A DNA stretch of 63,999 nt, taken from positions 3,258,453 to 3,322,451 of the forward strand of contig ML978122.1 of the NCBI GenBank assembly GCA_010015805.1, read 5' to 3'. This DNA comes from Rhizodiscina lignyota (Eukaryota). The translations under genes were made by a program, and so were the position numbers. Shown here one piece after another: positions 48,195-59,757 of the stretch (position 1 is its first letter; each line of letters begins with the position of its first letter). Below the pieces are notes generated by a model. That model saw nothing but the letters and a program-made list of their open reading frames with translations. It made no database searches and had not been told where the DNA came from.

Positions 48195-49244
48195 TCATGC
48201 TTTAGCCCAGTTTGTCGATGACAGTCCGCATAACTTAAAATCAAGTCCTCTTTTGAATATACACAATTCATCATCTTCCGGTAGCATTGGTGAGAGATAC
48301 GACTCTTTAGACGCACCAACGCCGTCGGTCTCTTCCCACACAGCGGCCCAAACGTCCATTGTCCTCAGTGCCTCGTCATCCCCATCATTCTCGGGACCAA
48401 CAACTTGGGCGACCAGTAGCTCCAACGCCTCTTCCGCTGATAGCCATACCGCTTCCTCCTTCGTTAAAGGCTCGTGTTTCCTCATCTTGCTCAGCCTCTC
48501 CCGAGCATCTGCCAATACCATCCGCACCTCCCACATTCCGTCTTGCACTTCTTCATCTGGTGTAATCGCCTCAACGGAACGAATCTCCCACCCAGCAGTC
48601 CTCGCAATTCTTTCAATAAGGCATCGACTCATTGGCATCCGGATATTCTCGTCGCTCGTCTCGTCGCGCGACTCTTTGAACCCGCGCACCATTGCAGCCA
48701 TGACGTGCGGTAGTGCAGCAGGATTTTGTGCGCTGAGATTATACTCCGCTGTGCAAATCCTGCTCACACGCCCCTTGAGCGAGTGCAATATGTCTTCAAG
48801 TACCGTGTGAGATCTCAGATACCACATTGACAGGCACATGACTGCTACATCCCACGTCTTCTCCTTCCATTCTCTTTCATTCAGGAATTCGATCGGGTCC
48901 CTACGGCGAAACGTGATGCGCCCGCCGATTTTGCTTCTGCGCAAAAACCTCCAGCTGTCTGCTAGTGTTATTGGTTCGCCATAGTCCAACGGGGCAATAT
49001 CCAGTGCGTCGACGTGGCCGTCTGGTCCTACCGCTTCTGCAAGAATGGCAGTGCATGGGCCCTGACCGCATCCAATTTCCAACTCACGCATGCCGGGTTT
49101 GATTGCGCGCTGCCACGAATTGAGGATCTGAATGCGGAAGCGCGTCTGAATCGTTTCGGTATCTGGGTCATCGGCGTAGAGAGGAGAGGCGTAGCTAGCG
49201 ATTCTTCTTGCGGCGGATATAGGGAGAGTGTCGCCGCGTGCCAT
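48195..49244 (-). CDS. Class I SAM-dependent methyltransferase (resembles the UstM-type fungal family)
   Basis: ATG at 49244. Motif I LEIGCGQG, AVGPDGHVDALD, DYGEPITL, WYL, CTAEYNL, PHVMAAM and NIR. Confidence 0.8.
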   Translation of the reverse strand: MARGDTLPISAARRIASYASPLYADDPDTETIQTRFRIQILNSWQRAIKPGMRELEIGCGQGPCTAILAEAVGPDGHVDALDIAPLDYGEPITLADSWRFLRRSKIGGRITFRRRDPIEFLNEREWKEKTWDVAVMCLSMWYLRSHTVLEDILHSLKGRVSRICTAEYNLSAQNPAALPHVMAAMVRGFKESRDETSDENIRMPMSRCLIERIARTAGWEIRSVEAITPDEEVQDGMWEVRMVLADARERLSKMRKHEPLTKEEAVWLSAEEALELLVAQVVGPENDGDDEALRTMDVWAAVWEETDGVGASKESYLSPMLPEDDELCIFKRGLDFKLCGLSSTNWAKA

Positions 49245-49727
49245 TAGTAATGAGACCACCGATGAGGAGTGCTGGAAGCTAGTTGTGTTTCGCAAAGACG
49301 GTTTTAAGAAAGTATCGCCAGAACAAAGTGATATATGGTGAGCGAAGGCTGGAATATGCGCCAGCAAACGATGGTGTCTACCGCTTTCCATATTGAACAA
49401 CCAAGCGAGAAGACAACAAACAGGCAAACATGACGGTACTTTCATGATGGAGACGCCAACAAGATAGACTCAGTTGTGCAAAACCAAAGGAAATCAGATT
49501 GAACAAAGAGAGTCTGCGCCCAGTTCTGAACCGCGCTTTCGACTGTTGGTACAGAAGCGATTGACTCAAATTCTGTCGATGACGAATATCTTCCAAGGAA
49601 AGCAGTACTATGTAGTTCGTCCATTATCCCAGCTTTGAAGTGTATGAGTCATGCTTTGAATGCCGCAGACTGCGCGAGTGGAATGTTCCACTCTTTGATA
49701 ACCATACTGATAAAGAGAAGAGCACAT

Positions 49728-50210
49728 TCAAACGATATCGGTGAGTATGTGGAAGACCGTACGTATCAATACAATTGCGAACAACCAGTTTGATATCAAA
49801 TCAGCTCTGGTTGGACACGAGCTGCTTTGGGTTGGAGGATATGGAGATGTGCTTCCGAGGCGACAACTGTTGTCTCTCCACTGTTTCGTATCCAATCCGG
49901 GATCGGGTGACGAGGAACAAGCGTCTAGATACTTGTCCGCCATGCATTCTGGTACTGTTCCAGGATCTACCTCTCTGACGCTTGAGCAAACGCATTCAAA
50001 CCATTGCTCAAGCTCAAACCAGCAGTCGTCTTCGTCGGATGGCCCTCCTGGGGCGCATGCCAGCGGTGTCGTAGAGACATTACAGAGGCAGTTTGTTGTA
50101 AGCATTGTCTTTGTGCAAGCGAGCCTGGACGGACTGAGAAGGCCGGAGTTGACGCAGCTGGGTTTTGCGGAAGACGGCAATTTTGAGTGATACGATCGGA
50201 GAATTGGCAT
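49728..50210 (-). pseudogene. Cys-rich extracellular-type domain fragment
   Basis: CLCNVSTTPLACA...CWFELEQWFECVC...PECM...C; no signal peptide or clear start seen. Confidence 0.35.
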
Positions 50211-50260
50211 ATGTGGACGTGGAATTGTTGTCTGTTGGGTCTGCAGATGGTTAGGCTGCC

Positions 50261-50869
50261 ATGGAGATACTGATGCGGTCCATACGGGAAAATGGGAACG
50301 CCATGGCGATGCTTGAGATTCCCACGCTGATACTGTCTGCCAAGCAGAAGACTGCCCTCGCACCGCTACAATGTGCAGATCAAAGTTGCGGCAGCGCTTC
50401 AAACTGGACGTCTCTGGAAGATTGGTTTCTAGATATCTGTCCCAATTCGCCTGCCGTTGGCTTTCAGTCGCTACGGTTGTGCGGTCGACGCTGTATTCGG
50501 AGTTTTCTGGTCGAGCAAGCCTGTCCTCCAGCCCATTCCGACGAATCAGGAGATGACCAGTTCAATCGTAACTGTGTCTGTCGTTTTGAAGGTCCCATCA
50601 TGAACCAGATGAAATGCCTTCCCACGAATCAATGCGCATCGAGCACCGCGCAAACTGGGACAATTCTGAAAAGCTTTGATCGGTCGAACTGCGTCTATGA
50701 TCCCAGTGCTGATGAAGGGTTCAACCCGCAGCCCACTGCAGATGCCATCATTTATAGCTCGCCAAATTTCTCAAAGGTCAGTAAGGCGCAAACTTATGTG
50801 GGCATTGGAGTTGGCGTTTTGAGAGCATTGGGAGCCTCTGGGTATTTACCTCTTGTGCCGGAGTGGTGA
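50261..50869 (+). pseudogene. Cys-rich extracellular-type domain fragment ending in a degenerate TM segment
   Basis: APLQCA...WTSLEDWFLDIC...LCGRRCI...CVCR...YVGIGVGVL; N-terminus missing. Confidence 0.4.
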
Positions 50870-51907
50870 GTCTGGCCAGCCCTGGGAGTTGTCGGAGTTT
50901 GCTGACAGCTGGCACGATACAGCATCGACACATTGGAAATCATGGAAGACTGCCAAGTCCTCTGTTGGATCCTCCGCCCCCATATTCGAAATGAAATTGG
51001 CGATGAGACAGCGGGAGAGGCTCCGGGAGGAATGGAGCGCTCTGACGGGAACGGAAAGACTTGCGATGAGGAAGGAATGGGAGGGCGCAAGCCGTTCTAC
51101 GCTAATCTCAGAGTGGTATACATGAAGTACAAAGCGCCAAATGATGCCATCGAGTTGTGCTCAGTAGATGCGAGTGGATTAATAAGACGAAGTTGGAGAG
51201 ACGCGTCAAATTATTCGTTCGCGTCAAGGCGTCGTAAAACGCCAACCCAACCGGGAAAAGCTTCCAACGGGGATTTCAGCGAACCAGGAAAACGACTCTC
51301 AGCTCTTTCAGCTTCTCAATCTCCAAAACATCTCCCGAACTCATTACTGTATATGTCGAGTTATGCCTCTGTCATTTGGCCGACCAAGCTACCTCCCAGG
51401 CGCATATTTGTCCCGTCTTACTCTTTCTTCCTGGTCTTCCGTCCACGGAGCGGTGAACCTCTTAACGAAGAGCCATGTGCCGTGCTTTATGAAAGCTAGT
51501 CGCATGTCCAAGTGAAGAACGTCTGCATGTTTAGCTCAGTGTAGCCTTCGTAAATGGATTGGGCGAGGCGCACATCTATTGCGTTATACAGCGTGCGGCA
51601 TGGTGCCTACTTCGCCCCGCAAGCCTCGTCAGGCCTTATGGCTGTAACCCAATCCCACGAGAATGAGGTCCCTGCAACACAAAGCGACAACAATTGATGG
51701 CGTCCGGACTAGCCTCGCGCTCCTTGCCAAAATTCTATGCGTATGCGAGTTCCTAGCAGCGGCTTGTGCTTTTAGAAGCGGCGCGAAGTAGAAAAGGGCT
51801 CGACGGACGCTGAACATTAGATTTCATCACACCTCACCCTGAATTTCAGCCTTTTTTTTCCTTGGCTTCGCGTGGTCATTACTTGTCAATCTGAAAAGCC
51901 CACTAAC

Positions 51908-53802
51908 ATGTTCAGCCGCGTCTGCATCGCTGCTTCGTTATGGAGCCTTCTCACGAGCGCTCAGACTGGCCAGGTCTGCCCTCTTCTTGGACCTATATAT
52001 CCTCCTCCAGCTCATCCATCGACGTCCAAAGAGTTTGGATTAGCTCAGCAGAATACTCAGACAGTTTTGAACGATGCTTTGCTCACAGGGAGTACGAAAT
52101 TCGGGCCGCTTGACAACACTACGATATCATTTTCGATCCAAGGATTTTCGCTCGAGAACGATTCTCCAATCTTTGATTACAACTTTGCAGCTCCCGGCCT
52201 CAATGGTTCTTTGACGTCTGGAACCCTCGATAGCAGCACAACCTACCGCATTGGCAGTATGTCGAAGCTCCTCACAGTTTACACTCTTCTCAGAAGCTCT
52301 GGATTCTCCGACTTTTCGCAGTCCATCACAAAGTTTGTTCCGGAGCTGGCAAAGCAGAGTTGCAGTAAGGAGGATGACCTCGACAAGGTTTGCTGGGGAG
52401 ATGTCACAGTCGGTGCTCTGGCAAGCCATATGGCCGGGATCTTACGAGAATGTAAGTTTCCATTAGTGGATTGCATTCCTTCATTGACAGAATATCGACA
52501 GACGCACTCTCCGACTTGGCCGTGGCGGACGGTAGCCTTACGCAATATGGATTTCCTGTCCTCAATCCTTCTGCTGTACCCAGCTGTGGATACCCGAATC
52601 CGAAGCCATGCTCACGCCAAGGTACATTGCACCAATGATGTAGTATGCCATGTGCTGAGTATATACGCAGAATTCTTCAACGGCCTTGCCGCTTTCCATC
52701 CTGTATTTCCGCCCTTTACAACGCCCGTGTACTCTAACGTTGCGTTCCAGCTCCTCGGGTATGCGATTGAGAGCGTCACCGGGCGGAGTTTCAATGACGT
52801 ACTGACCACTGAGGTATTGAAACCACTGGGCGCTTCTTCGACTTCCTTGGCACTGCCTCGGAATTACACAAATGCCATCATTCCTTTCAATGCTACTGTG
52901 AGTGGATGGGATGCTGATGCCGCAGACGAAGGACCGTAAGTCACACCCATTTGGTTGTCGCAATCCTGAATCTAATTAGTTATAGTGCTGGCGGAATGTA
53001 CTCAACAACTTCAGACTTTTCGAAAATCGGCCGCTCCATTCTCAACTTCACACTCCTCGGAGCGTCTATGACACGGGCGTGGATGAAACCTCTTACTCAC
53101 ACTTCAAGCCTGACTTTCTCTGTCGGCGCACCTTGGGAGATTATCCGCGTTTCACTTCCATTGCAACGCAACTCCACGTCTACGCGCATTGTCGATCTGT
53201 ACACCAAGTCAGGAAATATCGGCTTGTATTCTGCTATTGTCGTTCTCTCCCCTGATCATAACTTTGGCTTCACGATTCTCTCGACCGGCGTAAACTCCGA
53301 GCAGCAAGTCCTCATCCTGTCAAACTTGCTCACAGATATATGGCTTCCTGCATTTGAAGCGGCAGCAATGGAAGAAGCGAATGCGAGATTCGTTGGGACT
53401 TATGCGGACCCCGCTTCTCAGAATGACACTTTCATCACCGTCTCTTTTGACCGTAATGTACCCGGCCTCGGGATATCTGAGTGGAAGAGTAGAGGCGTCG
53501 ACATCAAAGCCGCATATCTTTTACTGCAAAATGCCCCTTCAAACTCCACACTAAGTATCAGCCTATATCCAACAGGGCTTGGCGACAGTCTTGACGTTGG
53601 GTTCCGCGCTACACTTGACGTTCTTCCTGAGACCGATACTATTGGAGCGTTTTCGACTAAGTGCACCGATTGGGCAGCTGTTGATGGAGCGGCATACGGG
53701 AAGGTGGGAATTGATGAGTTTGTATTTGGTCTTGACAAGTGTGATGGAAAGGCAGCAAGTCTGAGTCCCAGGGTTTTGAGGCAGAAGCTTGTCAGAGTGT
53801 AA
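51908..53802 (+). CDS. Secreted beta-lactamase-family serine hydrolase (alkaline D-peptidase/esterase-like)
   Basis: Signal peptide and CPLLGPIYP; YRIGSMSK (SxxK); LASHMAG; PVYSNVAF (YxN); AGGMYST; YTKSGN. Three introns (~52452-52502, ~52622-52670, ~52936-52985). Confidence 0.9.
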
Positions 53803-54083
53803 GGGAATAGTACGAGGCAGCGCATATGTCGCTCCCTGTTCACCCATACCATCGCTCCAATCCTGAACTCTATGCAAGCGCGCAGTATTGACAACGCTTT
53901 AAAGTGGATGACGTAAGTGGCAACATCAGGGAGACACCCATGATCTCATCGGCTTCAAATTCCTTTCATTTTAACAATTGTGCTACTGTTGGCTAGTTCA
54001 AGCTCAATATTCATCTCATTATGCTTCATCTCCCAGTCTTGTGCGCGCTTCTCAAGATCATGCAGTACTTCATGAGACGTGCT

Positions 54084-55986
54084 TCAATGTCTGCAAGAAG
54101 CTGTGTTCATGCCAAGCAAATACTCGACTAGATCAAGAAACCTCTCCTTGTTGATTGCTACAGCATTGGCCCGCTCAAGCTCGATTTTCGCAACGTCGCG
54201 CTTTGCCTCACAATCCTTCGCGTGCTGCTCGGCAGCATCCAGGATCTCCTTCTGTTCCGGCGAGGGGATCTTTGAAGCTTCTTCTTGCTTCCTGCGTACT
54301 CTCTCCTCTATTTCTTTGACCTTCTTCTCCTTCGCCTCGTTTGCACTCCTTTGCTCTGCTAACCGCGCATTCGCCATGATCAGTTCCCGTTTGTGGTTCT
54401 CAAAGAATGGCGAATAATCTGCTGCGAAGTTTACAAAGGCATTCCACTTCTCTGCGGGGATCTTGTCTGCAGAAAAGTTGCTTCGGCCTGCTGGGTAATG
54501 ACTGAAGCCTGCGCCGGTCTTCGTGTAGCCGTGAGCTGCACGCGTGAAGATGATTTCTGCTGGCGCAGCCTGGTCAGCACCGAAAACCAGGTATACGGCC
54601 AAGAATTTGAGGTCGTATTGCTCGTCGAACAGGAACATCGCTATGGCCTCTGCGGCATTCATGATGAAATTGGAAGAGCGGTGTTGGTAATGATCGTGCG
54701 CTCGTTTATCGCCATTCTTGGAGTAGCCAACGTAGACGAATGGTACTGTCATCGGTAGATCCATTTCATCATCCGGTATTTGGCTAACAAGATTTTCTAT
54801 CCGCTCCGCAAGATAGATCAATTCATTGGCGCGCTTTTCGCAGAACCGCCAGCGTCCTTCTCGCTTCGTCTCGAGGTATTTCCTTCGGCCTTTCTCGTTA
54901 TATTCCCAAGACCAAGCCCGTGGACCTGGTTTCTGCGCGTCGATGGATTGGGCATGTGCATTGAATTCTGGGTCATTGCTTCCTGCAGCATAGCGCTTCA
55001 TATATCTCGCTAGTCTCGTTGCCTGCTTTCCGGAGAGTGCCCTTCCCCACTTGTCCGTGAGCGGCATGATGTAGACAACTGGTTGCTTATCCGATCGCGC
55101 GTCGATTGCGTCAATAGCTGCCGTCGTTGCGGGATCATCGCAATATGCCTCGGCAATATTTCCTGTTAACAGCGGCAACAGTATAGAGGAAGGTGTCGAC
55201 GCAACAATTTCGTACGCGGATTTCTCCAATTGTGATACCAAGGCGCCGTTTAGTGTGTTGGCTTCCTGTATCTCGGGTTCCAAGATCTTGCGGATGAACG
55301 CCATTATGCCTTGCTCTTGCAGACATTGGAGCAGTTCTTGCTGATATTCTTCAAGATCCGTTTTTTGGTGTTGACTCTGCACAAGGACTTCGGTCGTCAA
55401 TGGCCGCAGCAGCGCATCTGCCTTTTCTGCTCCGGCAGGCTGCTCATCATCGTCATCGTCCGGCTCGGAGTCGTTTGCGAATAAGGGCTCGTCAAAAACA
55501 TCTGTTGAGCGCCCATATTCTTCTTTCGCAAGGTCTTGTAGAGCGTCGTTCTCGAAGAGCAGGGAGAGTGGCACTGTATGCTGTCAGTGCATGAAGAAAA
55601 ACAGCAATGGAAGCGGCGCGAGATCAATCAAGATCAAGTTGCTGCGCGCAAGAACGAAGTGAAACGGCAGGAAGCTCACCTTTGCCATGATCCTCCAGCT
55701 CTTGTCTTGTTTGAGTGGACGCAGGATCATTATGAATCGATTCAACGATTGCCGCCGCTTGACTGGACATTTCCTCTTGTTGCTGGGACTGTTGTGTCAC
55801 TGGTCCATCCCTTGGCGCCCGCTCCAGCCGAATCTGTGATCCTCTCGGCCAGCCATGACGTGCAGATTCCCCTTGCTGTGAATCCGGCACCAGTACTGTG
55901 GGGATCGTGCCACTGTTGTTTTGCTGCGCGTCGGGAGGAGAGGTTGCAAACGCCGAGCTACTGATGTCGCTGTTCTGCGTAGCCAT
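54084..55986 (-). CDS. Hypothetical protein with possible GIY-YIG-like nuclease motifs and C-terminal coiled coil
   Basis: Exon 1 MATQNSD...HGK (ATG 55986); intron GTGAGC...CTGAC...CAG at ~55679-55574; then a 496-aa frame with PVVYI...YVGYS..R...H..H.SSNF. The 3' end may extend to ~53956 via a further intron. Confidence 0.7.
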
Positions 55987-56714
55987 GATGCTGTTGCTCT
56001 TTTCGTGTCGCAAGAAGGCTGGTTTCGATCTTGCTGTTGCGAATTTGGTGAAGTTTCAGTGGATGAGCAGCAGACGCTTCAAGCGATGGGTTGCGCATAC
56101 ATCTCTGCGCCACCCACAAAAGCTCGCGGCAATTGCAGATTTGGTTGAGAGGTTGAAGCAAAGACGGAAGAGAATTGGGCGAAGAGATGAAGATAAGAAG
56201 GTTTTTGTAGATGAAAGTGCGATACCAATGCGGCAGCCGCGCTTGAGCAGCATCCGGGTGCTGTCAGGTGACCTGGGGGGTGGCTGTGCAGCCACGTGAG
56301 CACGTGTTCCTCTTTAATCAGTTCGCGTCAAGGCTCATTCAAGCCGGCTAAAGGCTGCTCAATCCAACAATATCAGCTTAATTCACACATCTCTGGCAAT
56401 TCTGAGCGTAAGTAAGCCATTTTGCATCATATTTTGCAGTTGTTTCACGTGTCCCACCCCATCAGCGGCGTTTAAGCTTCCTTGAAGCTGAATTTCCTGG
56501 CGTTCACGCTCAAACTTTCCTCAACTCCAACTTCTTTGCATCTCATCACTCGCGCGTGCAGAGCAGCCTTATGCAAAACCTGCAATAACTTTTGCTATAT
56601 AGATCCTTCCAAGCCTCTTCAACTCTTTCAACTTCTTCAATCTCTTCAACTCCTCCAACCGCTTCAACTCCTCGAACCTCTCGCTAATCTTTCCCCACAC
56701 ACAAGACATTTACA

Positions 56715-58158
56715 ATGGTACGATCTGTTGCCGGAAGTAAGCACAACAGGAAGGACTCGACATCCCCCGGTCGACCGGACAAGAAGCGCCCAAAAGGCAA
56801 GAACAATGGCGGCAATCCTGACAGCGGCTCAGAAGATGAGCCCAACCCTAAAATTAAGAAAGAAAAGCTCACCGTAACATCTCCATGTCCCACATCGCAA
56901 GAAGGATCATGCTAATGTTTCGATTCACTACAGGAATTCGGAGATCTTTATTACTTTACCTACTCCCACGAAAATGACGAATGGCCCCACCAATTACGAA
57001 TTGCTGTCGTCCCGCAACAAGACAAGGCAGGGAACAAACAGTGGCGGCTCTTTTTCAGAAGAGAGCGTATCTACAAGCATCAAGATGCCAGGGATGTTCC
57101 TGCCGGCGAAGATGTCTATCTGTGGCATGAGTTAAAGGACAAGAAAGAAGCAGGTCAGAGTCAAGGCACCGCTGTTTCGGCCTTCTATTTCGGCACCTTG
57201 ACCAAGATCCTTATCAACGTTCATGATCCCAAAAGGAACAAGATCGCCGATGGTGTTGTCGACTCCTACTTTCCTCTCGGCAAAAACAAGAATGATGACA
57301 AGTACGATAATGCAGCAGACATTTTGAGTGCCGAATACTTGCGCAAGACGTTCTTTCCAGATGCTCCCGTCAGAGCGTTGAACGCGACGCGGCAGCTCTG
57401 GCTGCTCCATTTTTACGATTCATTCATCACTACGATGAAGGATGCGAAAGATCCTGCGGACTTCGCATCATCCTTTTGTGTTCCAGGCATGTTCCCCGAT
57501 ATTCCAGATGAGTGTGCTGAAAAGGCCTCTTCCGGCAAGAAAAAATCACAAGCTTCGCAAGATGGTGACGCGCAATCTCCCACGAAGCGCGATGGCAAGA
57601 AGAAAGATGCCGCCGCACTATCTTCGACTCGCAAGAAGCGCGATGACGTGGGAGACGAAGAAGAACTTCCAGGACCGGATCATTCCAATCACTTGGGCAG
57701 CCGGTCACTTCCTCGAGCTGTTCCGATCGCTACCATGAAAAACTCGCCTGTTGTTGGGACAGTAAGTTCCACTGTCTTCATATTACTTCGAATAACGCAG
57801 CACACTGACGGTTGAACAGATCACTGGCGGCTGGATTCGGAGGTTCAAGACGCAGTTGAACGTTCCACTGACCAAACAGGAGTATCGCAAGATCTCCAAA
57901 GCCATGCAAGAGACCTGGAAACTCGCATATCCTGTTCCGGTCAGCGTGTTGCGATCAGCGAGGGAACATGCTATTGCGTTGGGAGGATGCCTCCCGGTCA
58001 TGTTGTCACGACCGATGCGAGAATTTCTCTCAGTAACCGAGATCTCCGTAAGCATCAACCCCTACATTGTTGAGGATCCGCGGCTTCGAACAGTATCATT
58101 GTGGAAACTGTGGATCCACGACTGGGATGATGATGCGTATGCTCGCTTCAATATTTGA
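56715..58158 (+). CDS. Hypothetical protein (Lys-rich N-terminus, probably nuclear)
   Basis: ATG at 56715. Introns ~56874-56933 and ~57762-57819 join ORFs 56715.., 57198.. and 57856.. in frame. Confidence 0.65.
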
Positions 58159-58691
58159 CGCACAGGCTGCTCTTACGCAACATTCGATCCCCGCAAGTTC
58201 GCCAGCTGTTACTGCCATCTTACAGGATTGTGGCGCCGGTGAAAGGAATCTAACAGATGCTGCGAAGCTGCATAATGGTTGGCAACATGAAGTTGACGAC
58301 ATGCGACATGCGACATCCGCAAGCCCGATGTTGCGAGCAACATTTTTGACGACATTTTCTTTACGGCGTTACATTCAGATTCATACATGGTGTTTCTCTT
58401 GGGCTGGGATGATGATTGGCTTTCTGGGACTTTTATACTTTGAATCTTCTCGATCTCTGAGGTTGCTTACTCCCTTTGAGCGGGTTATTTGGCAGGAACA
58501 GATGCTTTCTTCATATCAAACTTGGTAGAATCAAATGGAATATTCAATCCTGCTCGAAGGCTCATTCCCATGTGTGAAGAAAAAAGATCAATCTGATTCA
58601 TCCCATACAATCGGCATCATTGCCGCATCTGCTGAAATCCTCGCCTGTTCGCTTGCCGTCTGACACATCAATGGCTATCTTCTGGCCCACC

Positions 58692-59362
58692 TCAGTTAAC
58701 AACTGCTTCTGATAGCTCATCACCTGAAGCCTCGTCACCATCTTTCGAGCCCTTATGACCTGAACCTCTCCCGCCATGGTCTTCTTCTTCTCCCTTCGTG
58801 TTGGGCGCCGCCGTATCGGTAGGCAACAAAATCAACCCATGATTCCCGTCTTGATCTCCGGTTCCTTGACCGCCGTCCCGTTGCGCATCATGGTCACCAC
58901 GAGCGCATGAGCCTTGAAAGCTCTGAAGACACGAGCCAAATGGGAGGCAATTAGCAGTCTTCTGACGCCTCTCATTCTTGCGAAGTAATGCACCCGACAG
59001 AATCCAGAATTTTCTTTCGGACAGTGTGCAACGAGTGCCAGCTTCTCCGCGATGCTTTCGTAAGGACCGGTTTGGATATCGTCGTCCCAAGACGCATTGC
59101 CGGAACCATGGATCGCGATGGTGCTGTTGTCGGCGACGGCGAGACCTTCTACATGTTCCAGGATTCGTGCTGTGACAACATGAAGATCGTAGACCTTCCC
59201 TCCGTCATCAAGAAGCTCCGCGTCGGTCGGATCCACCGCAGCTTCCATCATTTCCAAACTGATGGCCTTCTCATGAATATGTTCATTCAAAAGGTTGTAG
59301 ATTTCCGACGCCGGGAGCTTCTTCTCATTTTGTCCATAAAATCCGTGCTCCAAGAGATTCAT
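58692..59362 (-). CDS. Hypothetical protein, possibly 5'-truncated by the adjacent element
   Basis: Acidic 176-aa ORF plus a probable second exon after an intron (GCTAAT...CAG at ~58924); no family recognised. Confidence 0.4.
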
Positions 59363-59687
59363 GTAAGTTGTGCTAGGTAAATGCGTCTTTTGCAGTCCCT
59401 ACTCAAGCATTCTACTCCGGAACGCGTCGCCTTCCCGCAACTTGCCCCATTTCACCCCCTTGTTGACACCTAGGAACGCGTCGCCTTCCCAATTTCACCC
59501 GCCTGCCCCCTATGTTACGCGCACGGATCGCGTCGCGATTTACTGCCCTCTGGGAACCCGTCGCGAATCCCTCTCCCCCTAAATCTGGGCTTATATGGCC
59601 TGTGCGCTGCGCGCCCGTCCGCACTTGATAATAACTACTTTAACTACTATCATACTATTAATCTAATCGTACTAATCTCTTTTTTAA

Positions 59688-59714
59688 TCTCTCTCGCGCT
59701 CGCTCGCTCGCTCG

Positions 59715-59756
<42 letters not shown>
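59688..59756 (+). repeat. (CGCT)n/(CT)n microsatellite
   Basis: Direct read: ctctctcgcgctcgctcgctcgctcgctctctct...ctctct. Confidence 0.95.

Positions 59757-59757
<1 letters not shown>

Noticed and set aside
51908..53802. Beta-lactamase-family hydrolase as an antibiotic-resistance gene or RiPP peptidase
   Set aside because: Common intron-containing fungal family, ~29 kb from the DUF3328 gene, with no evidence of linkage.
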